The notes under the pieces are model-generated. The model was given only the letters and a program-made list of their open reading frames with translations, made no database searches and was not told the origin of the DNA. A stretch of DNA of 36,704 nt from a virus (taxonomy: Duplodnaviria; Caudoviricetes): positions 1-36,704 of IMG/VR virus record IMGVR_UViG_3300033067_000438; one strand, written 5' to 3'. The position numbers and the translations under genes were made by a program. This document shows, in pieces, positions 1 to 9,029 of the stretch. How positions within the stretch are numbered: the first letter of the stretch is position 1; every line of letters begins with the position of its first letter.

Positions 1-107
1 TCAACAATGGGCGGCGGATCTTCACCACTCATTAATGATTTCATTGTTTGCGATGCAGATAACTCGATAACCTCATCTTGTGTTTGTTCCAACTGTTCTA
101 CTTTCAT
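1..107 (-). CDS. N-terminus of a gene running off the window edge (possible scaffold/head protein)
   Basis: ATG at 107 with GAGAGG SD upstream. Open frame MKVEQLEQTQDEVIELSASQTMKSLMSGEDPPPIV to the edge; acidic; downstream of portal. Not in ORF track. Confidence 0.6.
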   Translation of the reverse strand, partial: MKVEQLEQTQDEVIELSASQTMKSLMSGEDPPPIV

Positions 108-140
108 TTGTGGCCTCTCGGTCGTTTATAAAACTGGCAA

Positions 141-165
141 TAAAAAAGCCGCTAAATGGCGGCTT
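141..165 (-). terminator. Rho-independent terminator inside the late operon
   Basis: Minus strand AAGCCGC-CATTTA-GCGGCTT running into a T-tract. Confidence 0.75.
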
Positions 166-189
166 AGTGTTTGTTCTGTGTGTTAGTGG

Positions 190-330
190 TTATTTGTTTT
201 CTTTCTTCTTAGCTTCTTTAGCCTTACTCAATGAGATTGCAACGGCTTGCTTCTGTGGCCTACCTGCTTTCACTTCGGTAGCAATATTCTTGCTGATTGT
301 TTCTTTTGAATAACCTTTAAGTAGTGGCAT
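190..330 (-). CDS. small basic conserved phage protein (46 aa)
   Basis: [46 protein letters not shown] with AGGAGT SD. Resembles the common phage MPLKKG..ISx[13 protein letters not shown] family. Below the ORF-track cutoff. Confidence 0.8.
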   Translation of the reverse strand: MPLLKGYSKETISKNIATEVKAGRPQKQAVAISLSKAKEAKKKENK

Positions 331-338
331 ATTGACTC

Positions 339-530
339 CTAAAGTTTTAACATCTTCTTATACAAATCTATTTGCGCCCTAGCATATAATGTCTGTTCCT
401 GAGTTAGATCAAGCCTATCATTATATTCTCTCAACTCAGAAATTCTTGACTCAAAATGCTTTGTAAGCTTCTGCCACAAAGGATCAAACCGCTCGTTGTT
501 ACTTAGCTCAAAGCGCTCAGGCGGGTTCAT
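339..530 (-). CDS. hypothetical protein (head region)
   Basis: 63-aa ORF packed between neighbours on the same strand. Confidence 0.7.
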   Translation of the reverse strand: MNPPERFELSNNERFDPLWQKLTKHFESRISELREYNDRLDLTQEQTLYARAQIDLYKKMLKL

Positions 531-533
531 CGT

Positions 534-836
534 TTATATCTCAACCGCAATAAATCCAGAATCATGGTAATAATCAACCTTATCTTGGATATAATAATTA
601 ATAGGATAGATATACATCTTGCTATCTTTGATATTCTTTTGCTCAAGCCCTTTCATAATTTTATGAACTAATTCACCAATATCAAAATTATCTTTGAAAT
701 AACAAATAATCTTATTCTTATACATTACTATTGATCCTGTGTTTGCTTTTACATATTCACACGGATTACCTTCAACTCCCATGATCCATGATATATCACT
801 ATCAGCAACATGCAACACTTCAAATGATTCACTCAT
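534..836 (-). CDS. hypothetical protein
   Basis: 100-aa ORF, ATGA overlap with portal stop. Confidence 0.65.
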   Translation of the reverse strand: MSESFEVLHVADSDISWIMGVEGNPCEYVKANTGSIVMYKNKIICYFKDNFDIGELVHKIMKGLEQKNIKDSKMYIYPINYYIQDKVDYYHDSGFIAVEI

Positions 837-3136
837 CGTTGATATGCCTGTCCATTAGGTGCCCTGCCTTGTGGTTCACTTGGAGGGGTTATTACCTGCT
901 TTGGTGTTTCGGTCATTGATGCCAACTCCTTTTGCACAGAAAGTTTCATAGAATCACTGGCCAATTTAGCCTTAGTTTCTTCTAAGCTAATCTGTTGTTT
1001 TGTTGAATACTCAAGTATAGCCAAGTCTTTCTGTAACTGCAATTTAGCATTCTCTTGCTTGAGCAATTCCATCTTGTATTGATAGTCAATCTTGCTGCGT
1101 TCAGCAACGCCTTGTTGAAATTGTGCATCACGATTAGTATCAGCTTGCAGTTTTTGCATTTCAATTTGAGTGGCAATTTTAGCTTTAGCAAGATCGGTTT
1201 GAGACCTAATCTGAGCAACCTGAACTTGTGGAGCTGACACCTGTGCAACTTGCTGCATCTTCTGTTGTTCTTCTGCATCCAACTGAAACTTGGAAGGCTC
1301 AAACCGCCATGCACGCAACACCTCTTCCATCGCTTTCTTGGGCGATATACCGAAGCCTGGATTCATTGAGAACTGCAACAACTGGAATGCTTGCAAAGCT
1401 TGTATCTCACGCTCAACCAATGCACTGGAACCAATCGCCTCAATCTGTAGATCGCACTTCTCGTCATCCTTTCCATACATCAGCAGCCACTCATGGTATC
1501 GCTTGATATGGCGCTCAGTTACATTCTCATCATAAATACGAGCAATCCTACGCAACAATGAAGAAGCATTCTTGTGCAACAACTCCATGCCGCCAACCGT
1601 ATCTGGCGCTGATCCTTGTTGACCTTGAAGCAGAAAGTTAACGCCCGTCGCATCCTCTGCCATCTTAGTAGCGAGCTGAATGTTTGCCACCAACTCATTT
1701 TGCATTGATGGAACTAGCAAAAACTGTATAGATTCTTTGATGTCCTTAACAACCTCATCAGTCAGCCACCAGACTTTACCTTTGCGTATTTCCCATTGCT
1801 TATTTTCTGGCTCTATCCCATCACGTCTCATGCCGATCATTGGTATGGCTGACAACCCCATATTATCGACTAGGTTGCGGCCTGATACAGTCATGAATTG
1901 TTGCGCTTCACGCATTTGACGTGACACACCAATACCCCAAGGCATGCCAGCTACACGCTGCCAGATATCTACATCATATGGAAATGAGCTATCTAATGGG
2001 CTTTCATGACCTTTGATGATCGTATCGTTAACCATAACGATGACAAACATACGGAAATCACCGCTACATTCATCATCCTCAGATATATCTTCCTGTTCCT
2101 CATCATCGAATAACTGAGTCTGCTCTACATCAACCCATCCTGTGTAGTACCAAACCTCGAACATATCATCCGATGTTGTTCTGCCTTTACCATCTGAATT
2201 CTTCTTACCAGGGCCTTCCTCGATCACATGCTTGATTGCATCAGCAAAGTACCCCAACTCAGGGGACAATGCTAGCTCATTTAAATCCTTTGCCGTGATA
2301 TAGTCTCGCTCAAATACAAACTCGCCCTCTTGTATATCCTCTCCGCAATTAGGATAATCAGGATAGAAGTCAAACAGGTCAATATACTTAGATGCTGGCA
2401 CAACCTCCTCAACAATCTGCAACTGTCCATCATAAACAACCTTCGATCGTTGTTTCTTTGGGTAGCAACCCTTCAATACACCAGTTCCAAGCCTAGCAGC
2501 GGACTCAATAACCTTGCGTGATTCAGCGTGATAGTTAGTCTGTATCAACCAATCCTTGATTCGCTCTTCGGCTTTCTCTTCTTTTTTAGCGTGGTCAGCA
2601 TCGGTTTGTCCTGGTTGCTGCGCTTGTATAGGATTGCCAGATTGATCGTAAGTGTTGCCTTGATCTGGTAATAATGGATTCTCGCCAGCATACTCAGGAA
2701 CTGGAGTGCGCTTAATTGCCCAATTCCAATCACCGGCAGGCAACAATATATCACCCATACGAGCCGATGCTGAATCAACAAACTGACGTGTTATATTAAA
2801 GAACGCAGTGCATTGATTGTTGTTGTTCTTGATCGAAGCATTCGACATAATCCCGCCTTCTAATGAGCGAGACTTTGTGTACTTTGGCTTCATGCCGCCA
2901 CGATTGAACTCGTCAACACCTTCATAATTGTGTTGATCTTCTTCCCAAACCGTCTCAACTCCACATGTTGACCTTGCTTTAACAACTTCATCACGTTTCT
3001 TTGCAATGACTTTACTTAGTTCTGCAAGCTGTCTGTCACGATCCTGCTTCTGTTTTTCCTTTAATTGTTTGTGAGCATCGATAATATCCTGCAATTCCTG
3101 TGGAATTTCTTCTTCAATCATCGAATCAATCTGCAT
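833..3136 (-). CDS. portal protein (P22/podovirus-like, long C-terminal coiled-coil)
   Basis: 767 aa directly after TerL. SAARLGTGVLKG, WGIGVS and AEDATGV..LLQG segments are typical of podophage portals; Gln/Lys-rich helical C-terminus. Confidence 0.85.
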   Translation of the reverse strand: MQIDSMIEEEIPQELQDIIDAHKQLKEKQKQDRDRQLAELSKVIAKKRDEVVKARSTCGVETVWEEDQHNYEGVDEFNRGGMKPKYTKSRSLEGGIMSNASIKNNNNQCTAFFNITRQFVDSASARMGDILLPAGDWNWAIKRTPVPEYAGENPLLPDQGNTYDQSGNPIQAQQPGQTDADHAKKEEKAEERIKDWLIQTNYHAESRKVIESAARLGTGVLKGCYPKKQRSKVVYDGQLQIVEEVVPASKYIDLFDFYPDYPNCGEDIQEGEFVFERDYITAKDLNELALSPELGYFADAIKHVIEEGPGKKNSDGKGRTTSDDMFEVWYYTGWVDVEQTQLFDDEEQEDISEDDECSGDFRMFVIVMVNDTIIKGHESPLDSSFPYDVDIWQRVAGMPWGIGVSRQMREAQQFMTVSGRNLVDNMGLSAIPMIGMRRDGIEPENKQWEIRKGKVWWLTDEVVKDIKESIQFLLVPSMQNELVANIQLATKMAEDATGVNFLLQGQQGSAPDTVGGMELLHKNASSLLRRIARIYDENVTERHIKRYHEWLLMYGKDDEKCDLQIEAIGSSALVEREIQALQAFQLLQFSMNPGFGISPKKAMEEVLRAWRFEPSKFQLDAEEQQKMQQVAQVSAPQVQVAQIRSQTDLAKAKIATQIEMQKLQADTNRDAQFQQGVAERSKIDYQYKMELLKQENAKLQLQKDLAILEYSTKQQISLEETKAKLASDSMKLSVQKELASMTETPKQVITPPSEPQGRAPNGQAYQR

Positions 3137-5718
3137 TATCCGCCCATACCTGGAACCGTTACTCCGAATGTTACAATTCTTGATGATTCAATATGCTTTG
3201 GCCGCACTGGATATGCAAATGTCAACGCCAATGCATCACCATCATCAGGAGATTTAATGCCGCGTTTCTTAGCATCTTCTTTGCTCTCAATTTTAAGTCT
3301 ACCGTGACTGTCATAAGCATAACGTAATCCACAAAGATCAATTTCAATATCGTCATTATCAGGTATTTGCGCCGGTGGGCTTGATAACCATTCGTTCATC
3401 AATCCCCACATCTCAGCACGCTTATTAATGTATTTCTTCTTATCCAATGGCTCAGAACCGAAATTAACATCACGAACCATTCTATAATTCATTTCTTTAA
3501 GACGATCATAAATACCCGCACCAATACCACCGACATCAACATATACCGCTTCAGGTGAATATCTGGCTATGGCACGAACAATCATCCCGACAACCTCCAT
3601 AGTATTCTTGCCATTCACCTTGCCAATTCTCTCAGCTATACGTCCTTGACGTATATACAGTACCGTACTGTCATCGCCAAAACGAGCAGGATCAACTCCT
3701 ATTATCTTTGGGGCAGAGTTATCGTTATCCGCAACTGCTTTGCGTGCTTTCTGTACAAACACTGAACTAATTAGAGATTTCTCATCTGATACGCTGAATG
3801 CTTCGGCTGGTGAGCTAGGATACTCGCGCATAAACAATTTTAGATCATTTCCAAGTTCACCTATCTTTTTCCGTCGCCACTGCATTTGTTCGCTATCAAG
3901 ACCAAACAATTCTCCGTACTCAAAGTCTTCATCATTAAGATCAACACCAGATACGCGGTATTCTTGCTGCCAAAACCAAGGCACAAATATTTGTAGCCAG
4001 TCTTTGCTATTCCAAATATTATGGAACACATTACCAATACCATTGGCGGTAGACTCGAATATAATCTCTGTATTCTCACCAAGAGGAATGGTTTGCATAA
4101 TACCTGCCAGATGATCCTCAGCAGATGGCCAGTATGCCACCTCAGAGTTATGTGTTGCACCATGCAACAAACAATAAGAGTGATCTTCATGATCTACTTC
4201 TAAGTCATATACTTCCATCAACCCAACTGGTTCAATGCTTTTTATTTTAGTCCAACAATAACCATCTTCAATCTTAAAATACTTCTGTTTATATATCCTA
4301 GTTGCAGAATTACATGATTTACCTATTTCATCAGATAACTTCTTTGCACCAATACCAGACAATCTAAGTATGTGTGCCTCCTGTTCATTTCTTCCGTATC
4401 GTACAGCAGCTTCTTTCCTTGATATAGTAGCCCAACCATAACCCAAAGATGCTAGTGCATCACGCATTCCAATAGATATAGATTCTCTTGTCGATGTAGC
4501 TGATACACGCAATGATTGTTGATCTCCGTGTCCATCTCCGGCAAAGTATCCAATTACCATTCCACGAACAAAATCTTTACCCATTCTGCGCCAATCTTTT
4601 GGAAGTATCTTTTCATCAACTCTACAAACCAAAGAATTGATGAAAACTCCGATTGATTTACCATTAGCTGAAACAATACAAGTTTTAGATTGTTTGCGTC
4701 TATTAACAGTAACAGAGTTATACAAATCACCGCAACTATTAAGCCATTCTACGGTTCTATCTACCTCATTTTCATGTACAGCAAACTGTACGGCGGAAGG
4801 ATTATCTGGATATTTGTGTTGGTATTTAACAATTCCTTCAGCCAAATATAAACCAACTAATCTACCAATATTAAAATTCAGCTTGATCTTATCTGGAACT
4901 TTCTCAACGCATCCGCCACCTTGCTTACGAATACACCTAGGTATAGAAAATTCTAATTCTTGTATCTCATCTGTTATAACAGCTACCGGATAACCAATCT
5001 CATCACCCAAAGATATTGAACTAAGTTCCATCCATCCATCTCTGGTAAAGAATTTGTGTTCTCCTGAAGATAGTAAATCATAGTTATTAACACCATTTAC
5101 TTTTACAGAATAACACTCTTTTGTTTGAGTGCTGACAAACGAAACTTTTGCAATATTATTATTATGTGTAATTACACTCTGTCCAACTTTAACATCAGAT
5201 ATATCTATAAGCCTTGATGTTAGTCCATCTATTATTTTTGTTCCTTTTGCCAAACACCCATGAAGCAATTGAGCGGTTACTGATCGCCCAGCACCACGAT
5301 TGCCAGCGGTTGCTACCTTAAAACTACTATCCAGCTTAGAGAAGGATAACTCTTTGGCATTCGATGCTGACAACTCAGGCTTTAGCTGATCAGGCAAATT
5401 CTCGTAATACCGTTGAGTCATGCCAAACAAATTATCTGTTGCTGCTTGCTCGTGCGTAAGAATCAACGACTGAATACCAAAGTTAGTGCTTGTCTTATGA
5501 AAAAACCTTCCTTCAACGTAAGTGCTGCAGCCCATCTGCCGCCCTTTCAAAATTTCAGCGCGCACCATTCCTGTTTCTTGTAATTGTTTAGATAAAGCAG
5601 AATGGATATATTCTTGCGCAGAATTCATTCTAAACGGCACTATAGCACCAGCTTTATTCTTAACCTTTAGGAATCTATGCGCGTATTCCTTAAAATCATT
5701 GAGCCATTCATCAGCCAT
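3136..5718 (-). CDS. terL: terminase large subunit, intein-containing
   Basis: Walker A-like ILKGRQMGCST; Walker B LLHG|SEVAYW split by an insertion; IFESTANG motif; nuclease motifs IIGVDPARFGDD and SPDDGDALALTF. Confidence 0.95.
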   Translation of the reverse strand: MADEWLNDFKEYAHRFLKVKNKAGAIVPFRMNSAQEYIHSALSKQLQETGMVRAEILKGRQMGCSTYVEGRFFHKTSTNFGIQSLILTHEQAATDNLFGMTQRYYENLPDQLKPELSASNAKELSFSKLDSSFKVATAGNRGAGRSVTAQLLHGCLAKGTKIIDGLTSRLIDISDVKVGQSVITHNNNIAKVSFVSTQTKECYSVKVNGVNNYDLLSSGEHKFFTRDGWMELSSISLGDEIGYPVAVITDEIQELEFSIPRCIRKQGGGCVEKVPDKIKLNFNIGRLVGLYLAEGIVKYQHKYPDNPSAVQFAVHENEVDRTVEWLNSCGDLYNSVTVNRRKQSKTCIVSANGKSIGVFINSLVCRVDEKILPKDWRRMGKDFVRGMVIGYFAGDGHGDQQSLRVSATSTRESISIGMRDALASLGYGWATISRKEAAVRYGRNEQEAHILRLSGIGAKKLSDEIGKSCNSATRIYKQKYFKIEDGYCWTKIKSIEPVGLMEVYDLEVDHEDHSYCLLHGATHNSEVAYWPSAEDHLAGIMQTIPLGENTEIIFESTANGIGNVFHNIWNSKDWLQIFVPWFWQQEYRVSGVDLNDEDFEYGELFGLDSEQMQWRRKKIGELGNDLKLFMREYPSSPAEAFSVSDEKSLISSVFVQKARKAVADNDNSAPKIIGVDPARFGDDSTVLYIRQGRIAERIGKVNGKNTMEVVGMIVRAIARYSPEAVYVDVGGIGAGIYDRLKEMNYRMVRDVNFGSEPLDKKKYINKRAEMWGLMNEWLSSPPAQIPDNDDIEIDLCGLRYAYDSHGRLKIESKEDAKKRGIKSPDDGDALALTFAYPVRPKHIESSRIVTFGVTVPGMGG
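4147..5256 (-). mobile_element. intein with LAGLIDADG homing endonuclease (370 aa) in TerL
   Basis: Starts CLAKGTKI (Cys155), ends VYDLEV...ATHN followed by Ser. Internal LVGLYLAEG and VIGYFAGDG motifs. Removal restores LLHGSEVAYW. Confidence 0.93.
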
Positions 5719-6301
5719 TACGTTGCTTTCTCAACCAATCTTCAAATGAGTTATCGGTTCCAGCATCATCAATCTTATAAACCTTGCGTTCAAGATTAAC
5801 CAATGTGTTTAATGCATCAGATAGTTTCTTAGTACTATCCACACTGCCAGAAAACTCAATAGTTTTAATATAAATGTCATTCAGTTTATCGTTTCCAAAT
5901 CTATCTGGATTCCTAAGCATTTCCCCAAGCTTTAATAAATCAGGCCTAACATCAATCTGATCGTTAAGCTCATCCAAAAGCTTCATAGCAATTGATCTGG
6001 CTTTGGTTACATCCCTGCGCTCATTGATAATAATTGATGCATTATTCTGTGCATTGCCATCTACTATCTGTGATTCTGTTGCTTCTGCGTACTGAGCGCG
6101 TACAGCTTCTCTGCGTACTATATCATCAGCTTTACTTTCTATCTTAGCCGATAAGTCCTTAATCCATCCCTCTTGCTTTGCTTTCTTGCGTACACCACCT
6201 TCAGTACAGCCATGTTTTTTTGCTATCTCTCTATTGGATAATATGCCTGGACGGTAATCTGCCTCAACTGCAAGCCAATCAATACTCTTTTTATTTTCCA
6301 T
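5711..6301 (-). CDS. terS: terminase small subunit
   Basis: N-terminal HTH DW..VEADYR.G..S.REIAKKHG.TEG.VRKKAK.EGW; immediately upstream of terL. Confidence 0.85.
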   Translation of the reverse strand: MENKKSIDWLAVEADYRPGILSNREIAKKHGCTEGGVRKKAKQEGWIKDLSAKIESKADDIVRREAVRAQYAEATESQIVDGNAQNNASIIINERRDVTKARSIAMKLLDELNDQIDVRPDLLKLGEMLRNPDRFGNDKLNDIYIKTIEFSGSVDSTKKLSDALNTLVNLERKVYKIDDAGTDNSFEDWLRKQRNG

Positions 6302-6308
6302 TCACGCA

Positions 6309-6343
6309 ATAAAAAAGCCGCTATGAACTTAATCATAAACGGC
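6309..6343 (-). terminator. terminator directly upstream of terS
   Basis: Minus strand GCCG(TT)TATGA-TTAAGT-TCATA(G)CGGC followed by TTTTTT. Confidence 0.65.
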
Positions 6344-6370
6344 ATAGACAATTTGGTTACTCTAGTAATT

Positions 6371-6400
6371 CTTATAACATATCTGGATTATGTTTGTCAA
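6371..6400 (-). promoter_or_regulatory. candidate late promoter (pR'-like)
   Basis: TTGACA-N18-TATAAG with TGn extension, pointing at the terminator and terS. Confidence 0.5.
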
Positions 6401-6554
6401 GAAAATAAACAGCATCGCCTTTTTTAAATAATTCACCACCATAAACAACATTATTATTAGCTAATTCTGCCTGTTCCTTAGTTAACTTAATAGGTTTTAC
6501 ATGACTCTTTTTAAGCTTGTCAGCAACATTTCTTAATTCATCAAGAGTCGTCAC
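6372..6554 (-). CDS. hypothetical protein
   Basis: 60-aa ORF overlapping the stop of the upstream gene (GTGA). Confidence 0.6.
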   Translation of the reverse strand: MTTLDELRNVADKLKKSHVKPIKLTKEQAELANNNVVYGGELFKKGDAVYFLDKHNPDML

Positions 6555-7045
6555 ACCAACCCCTTATCAATCAACTTACTCTCAACACTAACAATTGCAA
6601 CCTTATGCACATCATCCAACACACAATAAACCTTGTCGCTCACATCACCAACGCGATTATTATCACACTGCAAACCTTGCCTTATTTGTTCCTTGGTGAT
6701 CCTTTCACCGCAATACTTTGCAACGATGTACTGTACTCCGCGCCGATACGCAATACCAGTTCCCAAACGAGATATGACTCGTTCCACAAGATCATTGATA
6801 CACGTAAAATTTCTACCATATTTAGCCCCTATATATTGAGCGCACGACTTATCTTCCAACGTATCCACAATACGCACTATATCAGCAGCTTGTTGTATTG
6901 CTTCCTGTGCATTTAAACCGATCAGTAGATCATTCCTAGAACATGCTCCACTACCAAACATGCCAGCCATACTAGGGCGATCAATAATAACCTTTTCCTG
7001 CATCATATATGCCCAACTCAACGCCTTAGATACGTCTCTGAACAT
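6551..7045 (-). CDS. putative Q-like antiterminator / late gene regulator
   Basis: 164 aa with a C-terminal sigma-region-4-like helical pattern; last sizeable gene before the promoter-terminator-terS arrangement. Function inferred mainly from position. Confidence 0.45.
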   Translation of the reverse strand: MFRDVSKALSWAYMMQEKVIIDRPSMAGMFGSGACSRNDLLIGLNAQEAIQQAADIVRIVDTLEDKSCAQYIGAKYGRNFTCINDLVERVISRLGTGIAYRRGVQYIVAKYCGERITKEQIRQGLQCDNNRVGDVSDKVYCVLDDVHKVAIVSVESKLIDKGLV

Positions 7046-7054
7046 TATCTACCC

Positions 7055-7303
7055 CTATAATAGCCACAAATTAGGAATCCTATCATCACAAATTTTACAA
7101 TCATGTTTATTTATAACATTAATCTTGTACGGAAATTCAATACCTATTCGCATAAGTTCTAAAATATTCTCATGAAGTATGTTAACTACATTATAACAAT
7201 TACCATCATCTGAATTGATAGAAAAATAATTTCCATGTTTAACCGGGAAAGATTCCTTAAAAACCCCAATCAAAGAATGCCCATGCACAGATAATGCCAT
7301 CAT
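7055..7303 (-). CDS. hypothetical protein
   Basis: ORF track 7055..7336; ATG at 7303 avoids overlap with the upstream gene. Confidence 0.6.
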   Translation of the reverse strand: MMALSVHGHSLIGVFKESFPVKHGNYFSINSDDGNCYNVVNILHENILELMRIGIEFPYKINVINKHDCKICDDRIPNLWLL

Positions 7304-7307
7304 ATAA

Positions 7308-7556
7308 TTAACGCCTATCACCATCACGCCAAGCATCCTTCAATCCCTGTCTCACCGCAGTATCTTCCTGTAACTTATATTGCTTCTCTTGTTGCAACTG
7401 TATAAACCGTTGCTGCACTGGATCGATCTGGATAACTTGTGGCCTATAATACTGGCTAGCATCGTGTGTCTGTTGCTGATAACCACCATACACATGACTA
7501 TCAGCTATAGCACCAGATGATGCAATCGCCATTAGTAATATTAGTTTGTTCATCAT
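7308..7556 (-). CDS. small exported protein
   Basis: Signal-peptide-like N-terminus MNKLILLMAIASSGAIA-D; Gln-rich body. Confidence 0.7.
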   Translation of the reverse strand: MMNKLILLMAIASSGAIADSHVYGGYQQQTHDASQYYRPQVIQIDPVQQRFIQLQQEKQYKLQEDTAVRQGLKDAWRDGDRR

Positions 7557-7954
7557 TTACCCACATCAGTAAAACTCAACAATGCCTTAGCATGAGCTAT
7601 AGCAGATTCTTTTGTTAGATGTACAACACCTTTATTCATCCTAATCTCATCAACGCGACATCCAGACCATGTATTACTATAATACATGCCATCACTTGAT
7701 ATAGCTGGCACAAAATATTTTGTCCCACTTACCGGAGCAATAAACTCAGGTTTTGGAACCTCAATACCATTAATCATTATAACCTGTGGTATGCGTTCGT
7801 ATTCAATATAACAATTCCACTCTGGATGTTTATAACAACTACCAAACTCACTCATTGATCTAGTTTTATATCTCCACAACTCCCAAGGCTTATCATTCTT
7901 TAATGCATCATGTGCATATAATGCCATTTTATCTGCGTGTTTATGTCCACTCAT
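7553..7954 (-). CDS. conserved phage hypothetical protein (HKHAD module)
   Basis: GHKHADKMALYAHDA...PWELW...HPEW...INGIEVPKP...VHLTKESAIAHAKAL; SD AAGGAG. Confidence 0.8.
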   Translation of the reverse strand: MSGHKHADKMALYAHDALKNDKPWELWRYKTRSMSEFGSCYKHPEWNCYIEYERIPQVIMINGIEVPKPEFIAPVSGTKYFVPAISSDGMYYSNTWSGCRVDEIRMNKGVVHLTKESAIAHAKALLSFTDVGK

Positions 7955-7957
7955 AAT

Positions 7958-8083
7958 TCATTCTCCTTTAACACAAGATAACGCAATACGTTTCAAATCG
8001 TATTTGTAATAGTTAGAAATCATCATTCCGCCAAACATAGTAATTATTAATAATCCAGTCAATATTGCCATTAACTTATTCAT
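7958..8083 (-). CDS. small membrane protein (41 aa)
   Basis: MNKLMAILTGLLIITMFGGMMISNYYKYDLKRIALSCVKGE with GGAG SD; not in ORF track. Confidence 0.65.
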   Translation of the reverse strand: MNKLMAILTGLLIITMFGGMMISNYYKYDLKRIALSCVKGE

Positions 8084-8107
8084 ATATTTCTCCAAAATAA
8101 TTATATG

Positions 8108-8670
8108 TGTTGGTGGCAGAGGATGAGGTCTGCTTAGCGGCGTGTTATGCTCGGTTTCCCAGCACTACCCCATACGGTGGCGCTACACGCTTAGCCCCAG
8201 GTGTTTGCTCCGATTAGTCACATCATCACTGTGAATTACACCAACATGTTGGTGGCAGGCCACTCGAATCGAACGAGTCGTAAGCTTAACCTTCCGGTCT
8301 TGTCTTAACCAATTACCTGTCTGCGCTTTCCACCAACAAAGAAGCGGGCTGGGCTTGATACCAGCTACTGTTATTTGAAATAATCTCCTGTACAGGCCAC
8401 GGCGCGCGCCGTTAACAGTTAAGGTCAGATCCATCCGCGTGTCCATCCACGCCGCCGCTTCTTTGTTAGTTCTCCGTGTCGTGGAGATGACGTGTTGAAG
8501 CCGTATTCCATGTTCGAGCGCCTTTTGTCTATGATCACTTAACAAGTAGGCGACGGCCATTCGCTATTTCCATCAACCAACAATTCAGGACTCTATGCCC
8601 TCGGCTCCTCAGCCACGCATTCGCGCACACAAAGCCCTGATCTGTTGGTCCTAGCGCTTACCCGGCTAGG
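8108..8670 (-). ncRNA. array of abutting structured RNA domains, two with tRNA-like arms
   Basis: GC-richer intergenic block. Closing helices 8108-8115/8239-8246, 8247-8255/8330-8338, 8335-8347/8455-8467, 8482-8488/8566-8572, 8577-8582/8643-8648 and hairpin 8650-8670. T-arm ACTCG-TTCGATT-CGAGT; two units end in GCCACCA. Confidence 0.7.
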
Positions 8671-8685
8671 TTAGGTACTGCATTA

Positions 8686-9000
8686 TTACATCGTATCATT
8701 AATATGAATACACTGTACTGCCAACAACTGCCTGAATGATCCATAATTAGGGTCTGGATTCTTCATGGCCGGTGTTGTACCAGATGCATCAGGTTGTTGC
8801 AATGCTTCTGTGCGTATGTTATTAATTGCTGAAAGACATAAGCTTTGTGATGTAAACGGCAATCTGATTTGTTCTGTAAAATTAAATGCTGAATTAGCAG
8901 AACTAACCCACATACGCGCACCTTGGGCATACCAAATATCCGTAGCAAACACAGGCATAGCAAGCAAAGCAAACAACACACCAATAATAAGTCGTTTCAT
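8686..9000 (-). CDS. exported protein with signal peptide
   Basis: MKRLIIGVLFALLAMPVFA-T signal peptide; GGAG SD supports the ATG at 9000; two Cys in the mature part. Confidence 0.75.
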   Translation of the reverse strand: MKRLIIGVLFALLAMPVFATDIWYAQGARMWVSSANSAFNFTEQIRLPFTSQSLCLSAINNIRTEALQQPDASGTTPAMKNPDPNYGSFRQLLAVQCIHINDTM

Positions 9001-9029
9001 TTTAATCTCCATTTATATAAATTTGCCGT

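Noticed and set aside
80-5749. Plus-strand and alternative-frame ORFs overlapping portal and terL (and similar shadow ORFs over helicases, ssb and lysis genes)
   Set aside because: Antisense or frame shadows of well-supported genes; only Rz1 has independent evidence (lipobox)
8247-8338. Canonical tRNA gene or ochre suppressor
   Set aside because: T-arm and CCA are present, but the acceptor stem is mismatched and no 5-bp/7-nt anticodon arm can be drawn; kept only as tRNA-like
8183-8560. 125-aa minus-strand ORF over the RNA array
   Set aside because: No clear SD, atypical composition, and the sequence is better explained by dense base-pairing
8108-8670. CRISPR or mini-CRISPR array
   Set aside because: Repeats are short, mostly inverted and irregularly spaced; no cas genes
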